64,000 nucleotides of DNA from the NCBI GenBank assembly GCA_051313645.2, contig JBNRSN020000020.1, positions 22,878,001 to 22,942,000 on the forward strand. The letters run 5' to 3'. The position numbers and the translations under genes were made by a program. Shown piece after piece: positions 26,018 through 38,616 of this stretch. The notes beneath the pieces are model-generated. The model was not told the DNA's origin. It searched no databases and was given only the letters and a program-made list of their open reading frames with translations. Numbering within the stretch: the first letter of the stretch is position 1; each line of letters opens with the position of its first letter. The stretch comes from Centroscyllium fabricii. Taxonomy: Eukaryota.

Positions 26018-27709
26018 CTGAACAAGCAAAGATAACACACAAGAAAAGAAAAAGAATAATTTTAATAGAGCCAAAGTAGAAAGACTAGATGGAAAAGAAA
26101 AAAAAGGCACCTTGAGGGCAAGCTTGCAGTTGGTAAAATACAGTCAAGAGATCCAATTCAAATATGCCAATTCAGTGCACAATACACAAAAACAGCATTA
26201 TATCCACAAGATGTTAACCAATGACTATCTATCTAAGATGCTGGCCAAATGAATACCAGCCCATTTATCACATTCAGCACCTCCAGCTTTTGAACATCAA
26301 CTTATTTGCTACAGTGAGCACACAAAATAACTAAACTTGTACAGGAGTCACAACTGATTATAAAGTACCAGCTATGACCATATGGCCAGCTTTTACCTTC
26401 AGCATCAATTTCCTTTGGGGTTTTTTTTTGGGGAGGGGGGGGGGAAAGAGGAAATGAGGAAACTTGCCTCGTATTGGAAAAAGATTCAGCATTCAAACTG
26501 GGTTACGGGAAAAGGACCAAGACTTTTGCTCACTGAATTAATTTACACGGGTTTCAGTGTACAAAATGCATTTGATAAAAGCTAGCCCCCCTCCTTCATG
26601 TCCACAGCATTGCAGAGCACACAGGATCCCTTGAACTTCCTTAAAAACTTGTCAGCTATCTTAAGAACCAGTCTCTGAATTTAATTAAGCCACAAGATCA
26701 AAATCTTTTTTCCAGAAGCTTAACCTTTTTTCCCCCTCCCCTGCATCCAAACAAAATTCCGCTCCATGTCTCCCTCCGCCAAGCCAATCAGTCCAAGGTA
26801 CCCCGAGACAAGCTCCAGTGACGAGAAAATCATTTGGCAGAATGGTACGGAAACAAGGTTTTATGGGGAAAAAGACACTAAAAACTGACACTGATCACTC
26901 GAGCATCAACAGCCCACACTGATGACTCGGGTATTATGCCATGAGCTCCAAGGCATCCCTCACTCCCCTCTCCCATCCCTAACTTCATTCTTCAGAAACA
27001 CACATTTTCTTAGTCATACGGACGAACAGAGAGGTTTGCAATGTTGATTTTCATCTGCACTCAGAACAAGTAAATGCAGGGCAGCGTAATGTCATACCAC
27101 AGTAATGTACTCTTAACTACACCAGGGAGTAGTAGACAGAAGGTTACAACCATGATTATTATATACACTCATTTCCAGTGTGGTGTTGAGCAGAGGCTAG
27201 GAATTTTACCCATTGGGGATAATAATTGTTGGCAATCCCAGAGTATCCCTGTGCATCTCCCAGAGGCTCCTTAAGGCAGTGATAGAGGTCTGCAAGAGGC
27301 CGTGTACACACATTTCAGCTAGGGAATAAGGAGAGGATGCAGAAAGAAAAATGTAAATATAGAGTCAGAAGAGGCGACAAAAAATTGGGAAGCCTGCAAT
27401 CAGTTTATGGGCATCTCCATCACTAAGATTGATACTGTTCAGTCACCTCTGCTGCATTCCCCACCCTCACACTAAGCCAAATCTCTCAATTAGGTTCCCC
27501 CTGCCATAGTCCTGAACCCACACCTTTTGCCAGTTGTTGTATCTATGTACATGGAGGGATTTCTAGATTTATAAAACGCACCAATGCATTTATATTTTAA
27601 AATAAGCAGTACACCTTCGTCTATTAAAGCACTCGACTTTACTGCATACCAGTTTACTCCAGTGATTTCCAATATTCCGATTTTGAAGACCGAACCAAGT
27701 GATCAGAAT

Positions 27710-27776
27710 CATCTGACAAACGGTCATCAACTTGAAACGTTAAACTTCGTTCCTCCCCACAGATGCTGCCGGACAG
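27710..27776 (+). mobile_element. Penelope-like short repeat (degenerate hammerhead) interrupted by a LINE; resumes ~29381-29420
   Basis: CTGACAA-acggtcatcaactt-GAAACGTT...ccacagatgctgccggac | ...atgccgagtgtttccagcatt. Confidence 0.6.
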
Positions 27777-29380
27777 GTCAAGGAACGGCTGAAGACACTG
27801 GATACTGCAAAGGCTATGGGCCCTGACAACATTCCGGCAATAGTACTGAAGACTTGTGCTCCAGAACTAGCTGCGCCCCTAGCCAAGCTGTTCCAGTACA
27901 GCTACAACACTGGCATCTACCCAGCAATGTGGAAAATTGCCCAAGTATGTCCGGTCTACAAAAAGCAAGACAAATCCAACCCAGCCAATTACCGTCCTAT
28001 CAGTCTACTCTCAATCATCAGCAAAGTGATGGAAGGTGTCGTCGACAGTGCTATCAAGCGGCACTTACTCAGCAATAACCTGCTAACTGACGCCCAGTTT
28101 GGGTTCTGCCAGGGCCACTCCGCTCCTGACCTCATTACAGCCTTGGTTCAAACATGGACAAAAGAGCTGAACTCAAGAGGTCAGGTGAGAGTGACTGCCC
28201 TTGACATCAATGCAGCATTTGATCGAGTGTGGCATCAAGGAGCCCTGGCAAAGCTGAAGTCAATGGGAATCAAGGGTAAAACTCTCCATTGGTTGGAATC
28301 ATACCTAGCACAAAGGAAGTTGGCTGTGGTTGTTGGAGGTCATTCATCTCAACCACAGGACATCACTGCAGGAGTTCCTCAGGGCAGTGTCCTAGGCCCA
28401 ACCATCTTCAGCTGTTTCATCAATGACCTTCCCTCCATCATAAGGCCAGACGTGGGGATGTTTGCTGATGATTGCACACCGTTCAGCACCATTCGAGACT
28501 CATCAGATACTGACGCAGTCTGTGTCCATATGCAGCAAGACCTGGACAACATTCAGACTTGGGCTGACAAGTGGCAAGTAACATTCGCACCACACAAGTG
28601 CCAGGCAATGACCATCTCCAACAAGCGAGACTCTAACCATCTCCCCTTGACATTCAATGGCATTATCATCGCTGAATCCCCCACTATCAACATCCTGGGG
28701 GTTACCATTGATCGGAAACTGAACTGGACCAGCCATATAAATACTGTGGCTACAAGAGCAGGCCAGAGGCTGGGAATTCTGCGGCGAGTGTCTCACCTCC
28801 TGACTCCCCAAAGTCTTTCCACCATCTACAAGGCACAAGTCAGGAATGTGATGGAATACTCTCCACTTGCCTGGATGAGTGCAGCTCCAACAACACTCAA
28901 GAAGCTCAACATCATTCAGGATAAAGCAGGCCGCTTGATTGGCACTCCATCCACCACCTTCAACAGGCACTCCATCCACCACCTTCAACATTCACTCCCT
29001 CCACCACTGGCGCACTGTGGCTGCAGTGTGTACCATCTACAGGATGCACTGCAGCAACTCGCCAAAGCTCCTTCAACAGCACCTTCCAAACCCGCGACCT
29101 CTACCACTTAGAAGGAGAAGGGCAGCAGATGCATGGGAACAGCACCACCTACAAGTTCCCCTCCAAGCCATACACCATCCTGACTTGGACCTGTATCGCC
29201 ACTCCTTCACTGTTGCTGGGCCAAAATCCTGGAACTCCCTTCCCAACATTGTGTGCACCTACACCATATGGACTCAAGGCGGCGGCTCACCACCATCTTC
29301 TCAAGGGCAATTAGGGATGGGCACTAAATGCAGGCCTAGCCAGCCAGCGACACCCACATCCCATCAATGGGTAAAAAAAA
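27777..29380 (+). mobile_element. CR1-like LINE, 5'-truncated, young, with an uninterrupted RT region
   Basis: 431-aa ORF (GPDNIP, NYRPISLLS, QFGF, ALDINAAFDRVWH, GVPQGSVLGP, FADD); 25-bp tandem duplication at 28941-28990 shifts the C-terminal frame; poly-A tail. Confidence 0.95.
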
Positions 29381-30639
29381 CATGCCGAGTGTTTCCAGCA
29401 TTGTTGGTTTTGATCAGAATCAGTGTACCTTCAAAAGGCCAAGTCTGACAGTCAAAGCTGACAAAAGCAGAGAATGCTGAAAGGTAGGTTACACCATGGG
29501 CCACAGCAAATGTTCCACTGGTGATTAGAATGTAGAGTTCTCTGCCATGGAAAGGATATGGGGAACGAGGCGAGTGAGATTAGATCACTTGCGGAGGGAA
29601 CACTGGTGTAGACGTGATCGATCATTTGACTCTGTATTGCATTCCCAGCTCAGTTGGGTTGTTTGTGGAAGTGCCCAAAGTAAAGATGCTCAAGAAAAGT
29701 AGGTTGAAGAGGTCAGCCTGCTAACACTTCCTGGCCACCAAATTATAGTGTAGTAATAGCAGAGACTCAACTACAGAATGGTACGTGGTGCAGGACCAAA
29801 AGAATGCAGAGTTTATCAATTAAGAATTATGCATATTTACATCTCACAAATTAGTCAACTTTAGTTAAACAAAATCAGCAAGACAAATTCAGAACCACAT
29901 TAGAGTCAGACTATTATTGCATTGATTATTATTCCTACCAAACAAGGTTTTCTATCATTTTACTGATCACCAAACAAAAAAAGAGAACAGTTGCAACCCA
30001 GCCTACACAGACTAAAAACGGCTATTCCTCAGCAAGTGGCAAGTTAATATAAAAGGCAGCATGCTAGAAATGGCAACCTACACACTTTATATTTGAGGAA
30101 AAGGATCAAAATGTCAGTAAGTAGCTGCCTTCAAAAGGATGCCACATCAGGAATTAGTTTAGAGGTTTGTATTATTAAAACCCATAGATCATTTTTCAGC
30201 AAATTCGTTTTGCCCTAAAGACATGTTGCACTAGTCATAACCACTTGCCCAGTTTAAACTGCTCATGTCTGATAGGGGATAAAGATAAAGCCTGAATTAG
30301 GTGATCAAGTTAAGGGCCTTCAAGACACTTCCACTTTCCCAGTCCAGATACATGATAACGTTCCCTGTACTCTGCCCTGGCAACGTGCCTCAATTCTAAT
30401 TTAGAAGTGAATGTTATTTCTGAAGCCAGCCAAAGCCAGCCATTCTTATGGACCTACGAGCAAGATTCCCAACAGATGTCAACCATCAATCGCCATACCT
30501 CCCACTAGGAAACTGAACTGCTAACTCATTTCCAACATCCCACTTGTGCATAAATTGGAAGATATCAGTATCATGGCATTCAGACCCTACCCAGAAAGAA
30601 GTGAGCAATTCTAAGACAGCACATTTAACAAGTTTTTCA

Positions 30640-30990
30640 TAGAATCTTACGGCACAGATGAAGGCCATTTGCCAGTCATGTGCGTACTGGCACTTTGAAA
30701 GCGCAGTCATACTTAGTCCCACACCCCTGCTTTTTGTCTGTAACCCTGCAAGTTCAAGTATCTGTCTAACTCCCTTTATGGAATCAATTTTCACCACCTT
30801 TTCAGGTAGAGCGTTCCAGATCCAAACAACTCTGAAAATATTTCTTCTCATCTCCCCTGTAGACCTTTTGCCAATGATTTTAAATCCATGACCTTTGGTT
30901 ATTGACCCACTCGCCAGAGGGAACAGCCTCTCTCTATATCCCCTCATCATCTCGAACAACTCGATTACGTCACCTTCAATGTTCTCTAAG
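30640..30990 (-). mobile_element. CR1 LINE 3' fragment, degraded
   Basis: 'GDVIELFEMMRG..RERLFPLASGSITKGHGFKIIGKR...RVVWIWNALP'. Confidence 0.8.
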
Positions 30991-31416
30991 CTGTGTGGCT
31001 GTGCAGCGCTCGAGGTCCCACGCAGCCGGCTTTTAAACAGAAAAACCACGCATGCGTGGAATTTTGAATGGCTCGTGCAGCTCATTAATGTGCTGGCTAA
31101 CAAGAGAACTTAAAGATAGTATTTGGTCAAAGGATGAGGCTTATAGGTCAAAGGAAGAGGCTTATAATGTTGCAAAAAAGAGTAGCAAGCCTGAGGATTG
31201 GGAGGATTTTAGAATTCGGCAAAGGAGGGCCAAGAAATTGATAAAGGGAAAATAGAATGAGTAAACTAGCGAGAGACATAAAAACAGATGGTAAAAGCTT
31301 CAATAGGTATGTAAAAAGGAAAAGATTAGCAAAAGTAAAAGTGGGTCCCTCACAGGCGGAGACAGGAGAAATTATAATGGGGAATAAGGAAATGACAAGA
31401 AATTGAACAAATACTT

Positions 31417-33059
31417 TGGATTGAATGTTGCCGACGCTCAGAGTACATGTTTGGAGGTGGGGTCCACGGTCATAATCAAAATGATTGACAGTGGGTTGGG
31501 AACCCGCTGCGAACCTACCTCCATGTAAGTTTCCAAAGTGTCGGGTCTGCGATTTCAGAACACACCAGATGCCAAGCAGCGGGGGAGACATTTAGATACT
31601 TAACTGCTTGTTAACTACTATTTTGCCAGCTTATTTCTACCACATTTTAACAGGGGTCACATCAGGTAAGTATGTCAGGTTCTCTAGGTCTCCCCATTGC
31701 TGTGAACAGGTGACAGCTGCAAAAATGGTCTGAAAGCTACCATTTCACAGCTGGTCACATTCCAATGTCAGAAGCTTGAGCCTTCAGGACTTGGAAGACA
31801 CTTTTGAGCTATATGCAGTTTGGAAGTGTTTGGAGTAAACTCTCTATCCACTGTCACCTCCTTGGAGCTAGCTCTCACAACATTGACAATCGCTTCGGTC
31901 ATCTCAGCTTCAGCCGCCATCTATTCCAGCAACATCGATGCCCTTGAAAATGGTCCTACGAATCCCTCCACAATCAACCCCAACACAGGACATGGGGCAT
32001 CAGCACCAGCACCAGACAACATTGCTGCCCGGGAGGGCAGCGATGGCATCACCATGGCTAGATTTACTGCACTTGATGCTCTACACCCTGGCTGCCACAT
32101 GATGCATCAGGTTAACCCCACACTATCACCATAAAGCATTCCTACAATGACCAAACCATTCCTTTCACACTCATCACCATTGCATGTGGTACTGTTATGT
32201 CTCACTATTCACTGCAACTCACTAAGACCCTTTCAAAGGCGAGTACAGATCTGTAAAATATGGCAAAGTATTGAAAATAAAGATTTCAATGTCTGACAAC
32301 ACATTAACAGAAAATTTACATGAACATTGCATAAAACACCCAGGTGCCTACCCTTGTGTGTTAGTTGGTATGATTGCACTAGGATGAGGGCAAGTATGAG
32401 GGGTGGCTAGTGAGATGGGGAAGTGATAATATAGATAGAGAGGGATGGGTGAAGGTGCAAGGTAAGTTGGGGTGAGTAAGGATGTGTTGGAGTAGGGTAG
32501 GGAAGGTAGAGTGATGGGATGTGATGAGTGGCACAACAGGATGCGGTTGAGTGTGGCTTTGCAGTTTCGCAATCCAAGATCATTGAAAGGTTTGTGCCAC
32601 TGCAGCCAGGTACTCCCGACGACATCCCTGCTTTTTCGTTCCTGTGCAATCAGGCTGCGTTGGTGTCCTGGGGAGGTCTACTCCACCTGTGGAAGGGAGG
32701 AGAACCTCCCTGCGTGCTGTGACTCCCTCCACTATGGAAGGAGTCATGAGAGCGCCCGGATGCAGCCGTTCACCCTTGTGCAGTGCTCGTCAGTGCTTGC
32801 AGCACCTCAATGCTGCAGAACACAGACAGCACAACTGTCAAAATAAATGCGGCCATGGTCCATTTAAGGAAACCGGCTGATGGCGTGTCATCAAATGATG
32901 TCATCAGACCCACTTCCTTCCAATTGGCTGGGAATCCCATAGGGCGGGCTTAACAAGCCCTATTAACGGAAAATCCTTTTTACAGAGCGGCTGCAGTGGG
33001 ACTGGAGCCCAACCACCTCTCCTGCCACAATCCCGCCTCCACTGGCAAAATCGTGGCCA
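31417..33059. mobile_element. PIF/Harbinger-like DNA transposon remnant nested in CR1
   Basis: Splits CR1 'aacaaatacttt|gtgtctgtcttcac'; imperfect TIR tggattgaatgttgcc / ggcaaaatcgtggcca; minus strand ~32570-32770 reads as a decayed Myb/SANT-like peptide (VEGVTARREVLLP...STWLQWHKPFNDL). Confidence 0.6.
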
Positions 33060-33662
33060 GTGTGTCTGTCTTCACTGAAGACGACACAAAAAACTTTCCG
33101 GAAATAGTGGCGAACCAAGGCTCTAGCGAGAATGAGGTACTGAAAGAAATTAGTATTAGCAAAAAAATATATAGCACTGGAGAAATTAATGGACTGAAAG
33201 CCAATAAATCCCCTGGACCTGATGACCAACATCCTAGGGTTTTGAAAGAGGTGGCTAGAGATAAGATAGTCGATGCATTGGTTGTCATTTTCCAAAATCC
33301 CATAGATTCTAGAATGGTTCCTGTGGATTGCAAGGTAGCAAATGTAACCCCGCTATTTAAGAAAGGAGGGAAGAGAAAAAACAGGGAACTACAGACCAGA
33401 TAGTTTGACATCAGTAGTAGGGAAATTACTAGAATTTATTATTAAGGATGTCGTAATAGTGCATTCAGAAAATAATAGGATTGGGCAGTGTCAGAGTTAT
33501 GAAAGGTAAATTGTGTTTGATGAATCTGTTTGAGGTTGTAACTAGCAGAATAGGTAAGGGGGAGCCAGTGATGTGGTGTATTGGGATTTTCAGAAGACAT
33601 TCGATAAGGTGCCACACAAGGTTATTAAATAAAATTAGGGGCCATGGGATTGGGGGTAATAT

Positions 33663-33740
33663 CAAGGGCAATTAGGGATGGGCACTAAATGCAGGCCTAG
33701 CCAGCCAGCGATGCCCACATCCCATCAATGAAAAAAAATA
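33663..33740 (+). mobile_element. Extremely 5'-truncated tail of the 27777-family LINE, nested in CR1
   Basis: 'caagggcaattagggatgggcactaaatgcaggcctagccagccagcgatgcccacatcccatcaatgaaaaaaa'; apparent AATA duplication. Confidence 0.85.
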
Positions 33741-33905
33741 CCAGCATGGATTGAGGATTGGCGAACGGACAGAAAACAGAGTAAGAATAAACGGGTGATT
33801 TTCGGGTTGGCAGGCTGTAACTAGTGGGGTGTCGCAAGGACCAGTGCTTGGGCCTCCGCTATTCACAATCTACATCAATGATTTGGATGAGGGGACCAAA
33901 TGGTA

Positions 33906-34612
33906 CAGGTACACAATCCCTTATCCGCAACTCCAAAAACCGAAGTTTTTTCAGAGCGTCACATGACCCGATTTGCACCGAAATAACACTCAGCTGGGGA
34001 TGTTGTGCTGTTTTCTGGATCTGAAGTAGCTGGAAATAGGGTATTGTCACCTGTCCCTGCTCGCCAGGATGGTTAGAATCCGAACGCTGAAAGTTTTCAT
34101 CCGCTTCCTCCTCCTCCTCCTCAAGGAGCAGAGGTTCATTTTCGCGGCGATGCTGCTGGCCACCGACATCCCGGCCGCCAAGATGACTGCTGGAGCTGGC
34201 CCGGTGACGGTTGCTAGGGGAGCGGACACTGCTGGAGTGGGCCCGGTGATGGTTGCTAGGGGAGCGGACATTGCTGGAGTGGGCCCAGTGATGGTTGCTA
34301 GGGGAGCGGACACTGCTGGAGCTGGCCCGGTGACGGTTGCTGGGGGGGGGGGGGGGGGTGCTGCCATTCCCAGCGATTGCCCGCTCCGCTTCCCCTCGCC
34401 TGCCACCAGCTGACTGACTGACCTTAAAGCCGCTTCCAGTAGCTTCACCCTACAGCTCACCTTGTCCCGAGACGTTCTCGATCTCCCATTCAGTTTCAGT
34501 GCGCAATTCAACACGGCGATGCGCATGCATTCTGCGCATGAGCACTGGGCACCACCCCGAAAACCGAAGACCGCCCGGTCCCGAGGTTTTCGGATAAAGG
34601 ATTGTGTACCTG
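33906..34612. mobile_element. Tigger/pogo-like MITE, copy 5 (distinct subfamily), with an internal 42-bp tandem repeat
   Basis: TA flanks; TIR CAGGTACACAATCC(C/T)TTATCCG; ~4 units of 'ctgctggagctggcccggtgacggttgctaggggagcggaca' at ~34187-34345. Confidence 0.88.
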
Positions 34613-35462
34613 TATACCCAAGTTTGCTAATGATACAAAGCTAGGTGAGAATTTAAGTTGTGGAGGATGCAAAGAGGCTTCAAGGGGATATAAACAGGCT
34701 AAGTTAGTGAGCAAGAACATGGTAAATTGAATATAATGTGAAGTTATCCACTTTGGTAGGAAAAATAGAAAAGCAAGAGTATTTTTTAAATGATGAGAGA
34801 TTGGGAAATGTTGGTGTTCAGAGGGACCTGGGTGTCCTTGTACACGAATCACTGAAAGTTAACATGCAGGTACAGCAAGCAATTAGGAAAGCAAATGGTA
34901 TGTTGGCCTTTATTACAAGAGGATTTGAGTACAAGAGTAAAGACATCTTACTGCAATTATATAGGGTCCTGGTGAGGCCACACCTGGAGTATTGCGTACA
35001 GTTTTGGTCTCCTTACCTAAGGAAGGATATACTTACCATGGAGGGAGTGCAACAAAGGTTCACCAGACTGATTCCTGGGGTGGGGGGATTATCCTATGAG
35101 GACAGATTGAGTAGACAGGGCCTATATTCCCTAGAGTTTAGAAAAATGAGAGGTGATCTCGTTGAAACATACAAAATTCTTACAGGGTTTGACAGGGTAG
35201 ATGTAGGGAGGATGTTTCCCCTGGCTGGGGAGTCTAGAACCAGGGGTCACAGTCTCGGAATATGGGGTTGGCCATTTAGGACTGAGATGAGGAAAAATGT
35301 CTTCACTTAGAGGGCGGCGAATCTTTAGAATTCTCTACCCCAGAGGGCTGTGGAAGCTCAGTCTGTTGAGTATATTCAAGACAGAGCTTGATAGATTTTT
35401 GGATATTAAGGGAATCGAGGGATATGGGGATAGTGCAGGAGAGTGGAGATGAGATAGAAGAT

Positions 35463-35886
35463 GGGCGGCACGGTGGCTTAGTGGTTAGCACTGTTGCTTC
35501 ACAGCACTAAAGACCCGGGTTCAAATCAAGCCTCGGGTACTATCTGTGTGGAGTTTGCACATTCTCCCCGTGTGTGTGTGGGTTTCCTCCGGGTGCTCCG
35601 GTTTCCTCCCACAGTCCAAAGATGTGCGGGTTAGGTTGATTGGCCATGATAAATTGGCTCATAGTGTTAGGGGGATTGAATATGTGGGGTTACGGGGATG
35701 GGGTGGGATATGTGTCGGTGCAGGCTCGATAAGGATCGAGGGATATGGGGACGGGGTAGGGACAGGGAGCTGTGTTTGGATGATCAGCCATGATCTCATT
35801 GAATGGCGGAGAAGGCTTGAGGGGCCGAATGGCCTACTCCTATCTTCTATGTTTGGCCTACTCCTGCTCCTATCTTCTATGTTTCT
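35463..35886 (+). mobile_element. HE1-type V-SINE with a duplicated tail, inserted in the CR1 3' UTR
   Basis: GGGCGGCACGGTGG head, V-domain, two 'ggcctactcct..ctatcttctatgttt' tails; host CR1 tail resumes at ~35887. Confidence 0.92.
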
Positions 35887-36359
35887 ATCAGCCATGATCT
35901 TATTGAATGGCAGAGCAGGCTCGAGGGGCCAAATGGTCCTGCTCCTATTTCTTAATGTTCTTAAAAGGGGCACTGGTCACCTCTTAACCTTCTCTGTTCC
36001 ATTTTTTGATCAGGTTAACGAGAAATGGAACCCTATATTGCTCCAGAGATAATTCCAACATCTTGGTTAACATTTCTAAAGCAGCCACAGTATTTATATT
36101 GCAATCAGTTCAGATAAAGAAGTTATCAATTTTCTCAAAGTTAAACATGCTACAGTATTGAGTTACAAAAGGGCATCTCAAAATTACACCACAACCAATC
36201 TTCCAAGCTACAGTTTTTAAAGGCAGCCAAGCACCAAAAAGGTTCATTAGCCCAAGGATAAGTGTTTGGAAAGAGTCTCCAGTTTGTTATTTAAAAAGAA
36301 AAATTTAAAGAAACTGTCATCTGCAGTGTCTGGGATTACATTCCTCCAGTTCAGATTAC

Positions 36360-36524
36360 CTTTTCTTTACTCTTGGCTGGGCTGGTGGATTTAGATATTG
36401 AACCAGTAGCTTCTTTCTCCACCATCCCAAAGTAACGCTGCTCAGATTGCGTGTGAAAGGACACAGTCCCTTTTGGAAGTTTTTTAATACGAATCGCATG
36501 GTTCCTCTGTGCTGAAAGTACATC
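36360..36524 (-). CDS. CSDE1: CSDE1 coding exon (165 nt): [55 protein letters not shown]
   Basis: Matches [27 protein letters not shown]; ag acceptor at 36525-36526, gtaat donor at 36355-36359. Confidence 0.97.
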
Positions 36525-37409
36525 CTTTAGAAGGAAGAAAAAACACATTTTAAATTACCGATTGATAAAAGCTGATACCCAATACATAGGCAACCAAGAA
36601 ACAAAGACTTGCCATGATTCTTGTATGATCTATATTGGGATACTAAAAATGTTATGTTTTGACATCATAGGAAAAATATCCAAATTTTAAAGAAAAACCA
36701 ATGTGAAGACTAGCCTCTAGCTTGGATTAGAAAATTGGCTTTAAAATGCTCATCTTCTGCATCTACGCTAGGACTGGAAGTAACAAAACTGTGGGAGTCA
36801 CACACTCATCCAGAAATGGAAACATGGTGTACCAGTATTTTGTGCCATAAAATTTGACACTGCTAGTTGAAAGCACTGTGGAAACAAGAAACATTAAATA
36901 CTTATTGCAAAGTTGTAATGTTGTGGGTGGTGGGGGGGAAAGAAAGGGTAATTCTCATTCTTCTCCAGCACTCCCTGCACTATTCCCCAGAGGCAGGCCG
37001 ACTATATCTACCCCAATGATGCTTTGCTGGGAGGCGGCTTCTTCCCCTCCCCCACAGCTCATTTAGGGATCAGAATTCACCACAGAAAATTTTCAAGGGA
37101 TTCATACTCTATCAATGGCAAAATACTACAAGACTATATTTTTAATAATACTTCAAACTGCACACAAGAATCTTGAAGTAATGCTGTCACTTGGCCCTGA
37201 TTGTGAATGTAACAACATAACAAGTGTGTATCTAATAACTTGTCAAAGTCAGACATTTCAAACTTTCATTTACTTAGTTTGTGATTTTCTACCCTGCCTC
37301 CCAGTTTCCTTCCTTCACAAAAGGACTTCGCATGCTGAACAGTTCCATCGGCTACTGTCTCTTTCAGATACCTCACACAAGTGGCCACTCTTCACGTTTA
37401 ATCAACCAT

Positions 37410-37760
37410 CAGATTGGTTTAGTTGGCAGCACTCACATCTGGGGCAATATGTTGTGAGTTCAAGTCCCACACCAGGTTTGAGCACATAAGATAGGCTGAC
37501 ACTTCAGGAGGGAATGCAGTACTGAGGGAGTGCTGCACTGTCAGAGGCTAAATTAAAGCCCTGTCTACCTGTTCGGGTGGATACAAAAGATCCTACAGCA
37601 CTATTCTGCATGTACCACAGCCAATATTCCTTCACCAACCAACATCAAAATTAAACCAAGTATATCTCAACTGCTGTTTCTGGGATTTTGCTGCAACGAC
37701 TGTTCGCCTACAGCAACTGCACTTAAACTAACCCATTGGATGTGAAGTGCTATATAAAAT
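37410..37760 (+). mobile_element. SacSINE1/Deu-type SINE, degraded
   Basis: 'ggttgtgagttcaagtcccac'-like head, 'gtactgagggagtgctgcactgtcagagg', 'ggtggatacaaaagatcc'. Confidence 0.72.
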
Positions 37761-37956
37761 TAATTAATTTGTAGACACAATGTTGACTACACAGAGGCCA
37801 ACTGTAGTGCCTTTGCCACAACCCCAGGTGAGAGCAATGAACCAGGGATCAGAGATCCAGTGTATGGTTCCTTTATCAAATCAGTCATTGGAAAAGCTGC
37901 CAATCAGTATTTAGACACATAATAAAAGCATCCAATATATAAATTGAAGCACTTAC

Positions 37957-38097
37957 AGGGACAACTGTGAACTCAACTTCATCTGAGATGTGGAGCTGGA
38001 GACTATCCATGATCTCACTAAAGTGGAAGAACATTCGAGCATCTCGATCTACACATTTAATGAAACCAAAACCATCTCTCATGGCTGCAATCACACC
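37957..38097 (-). CDS. CSDE1: CSDE1 coding exon (141 nt): [47 protein letters not shown]
   Basis: Cold-shock domain nearly identical to UNR; tag acceptor at 38098-38100, gtaag donor at 37952-37956. Confidence 0.98.
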
Positions 38098-38403
38098 CTA
38101 CAGAGACAAAAGAGAATCTGTCAATCTGCAGAAAAAAGAGGAATTTAGAAATCCTAATGCAGATGTTTTCACTGATCTTTAGGCATCTTTGGCAATTAGT
38201 TTTTAACAAAATGTTTTATCATAGATATTCTGAATCATAATCTATACTCTGCTCCCAACTCCACGTCTCTGTCATCTGTTACTGCCTTATCTCCCCTTCT
38301 GAAACTACTACGAGCTCTCAAGGCCATCAATATCTAGTCATATCTGAACAGGGTACTTGCATTAAACCCAGTTGTTTAAGGTTAAAAGGTGCGATCAGCT
38401 TAC

Positions 38404-38616
38404 CATTTCTCTGGTTTCTCCAGTCAACTCAAAAGAATCGGTCAGGATTTCAATATTTGTAGCACGTTCCAATTTGTCACGTCGATCAGTGGAGATATTA
38501 AACCGGACATGGTCACCTTCTAATAGTGTCACCTTAGATCTTGTGTCCTTATCTCCAAAGGGAAGTTCTTTGGAAATGGCAAAGTTTACTTTGATGCGTC
38601 CTGGCAAAGGGTCAGT
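38404..38616 (-). CDS. CSDE1: CSDE1 coding exon (213 nt): TDPLPGRIKVNFAISKELPFGDKDTRSKVTLLEGDHVRFNISTDRRDKLERATNIEILTDSFELTGETREM
   Basis: Strong match to UNR; cag acceptor at 38617-38619, gtaag donor at 38399-38403. Confidence 0.98.

Larger units (their letters stand above)
31100..35460 (+). mobile_element. CR1/HER1-like LINE, degraded, hosting nested insertions
   Basis: Collinear ORF2 pieces (KSPGPD, VANVTPLFKKG, RPHLEYCVQFWSP, GESRTRGHSL) interrupted at 31417-33059, 33663-33740 and 33906-34612. Confidence 0.9.

Noticed and set aside
27816-29111. 431-aa reverse transcriptase ORF as a domesticated gene or retron-like system
   Set aside because: A 5'-truncated LINE with its tail and a near-identical sister copy at 19063-20130; ordinary young retrotransposon
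34047-34526. 159-aa ORF with TGPAPAVSAPLAT repeats
   Set aside because: Arises from a GC-rich 42-bp tandem repeat inside a MITE; no transposase motifs
35463-35540. tRNA-like sequences at SINE starts
   Set aside because: They are SINE heads that continue into V or Deu domains, not stand-alone tRNA genes
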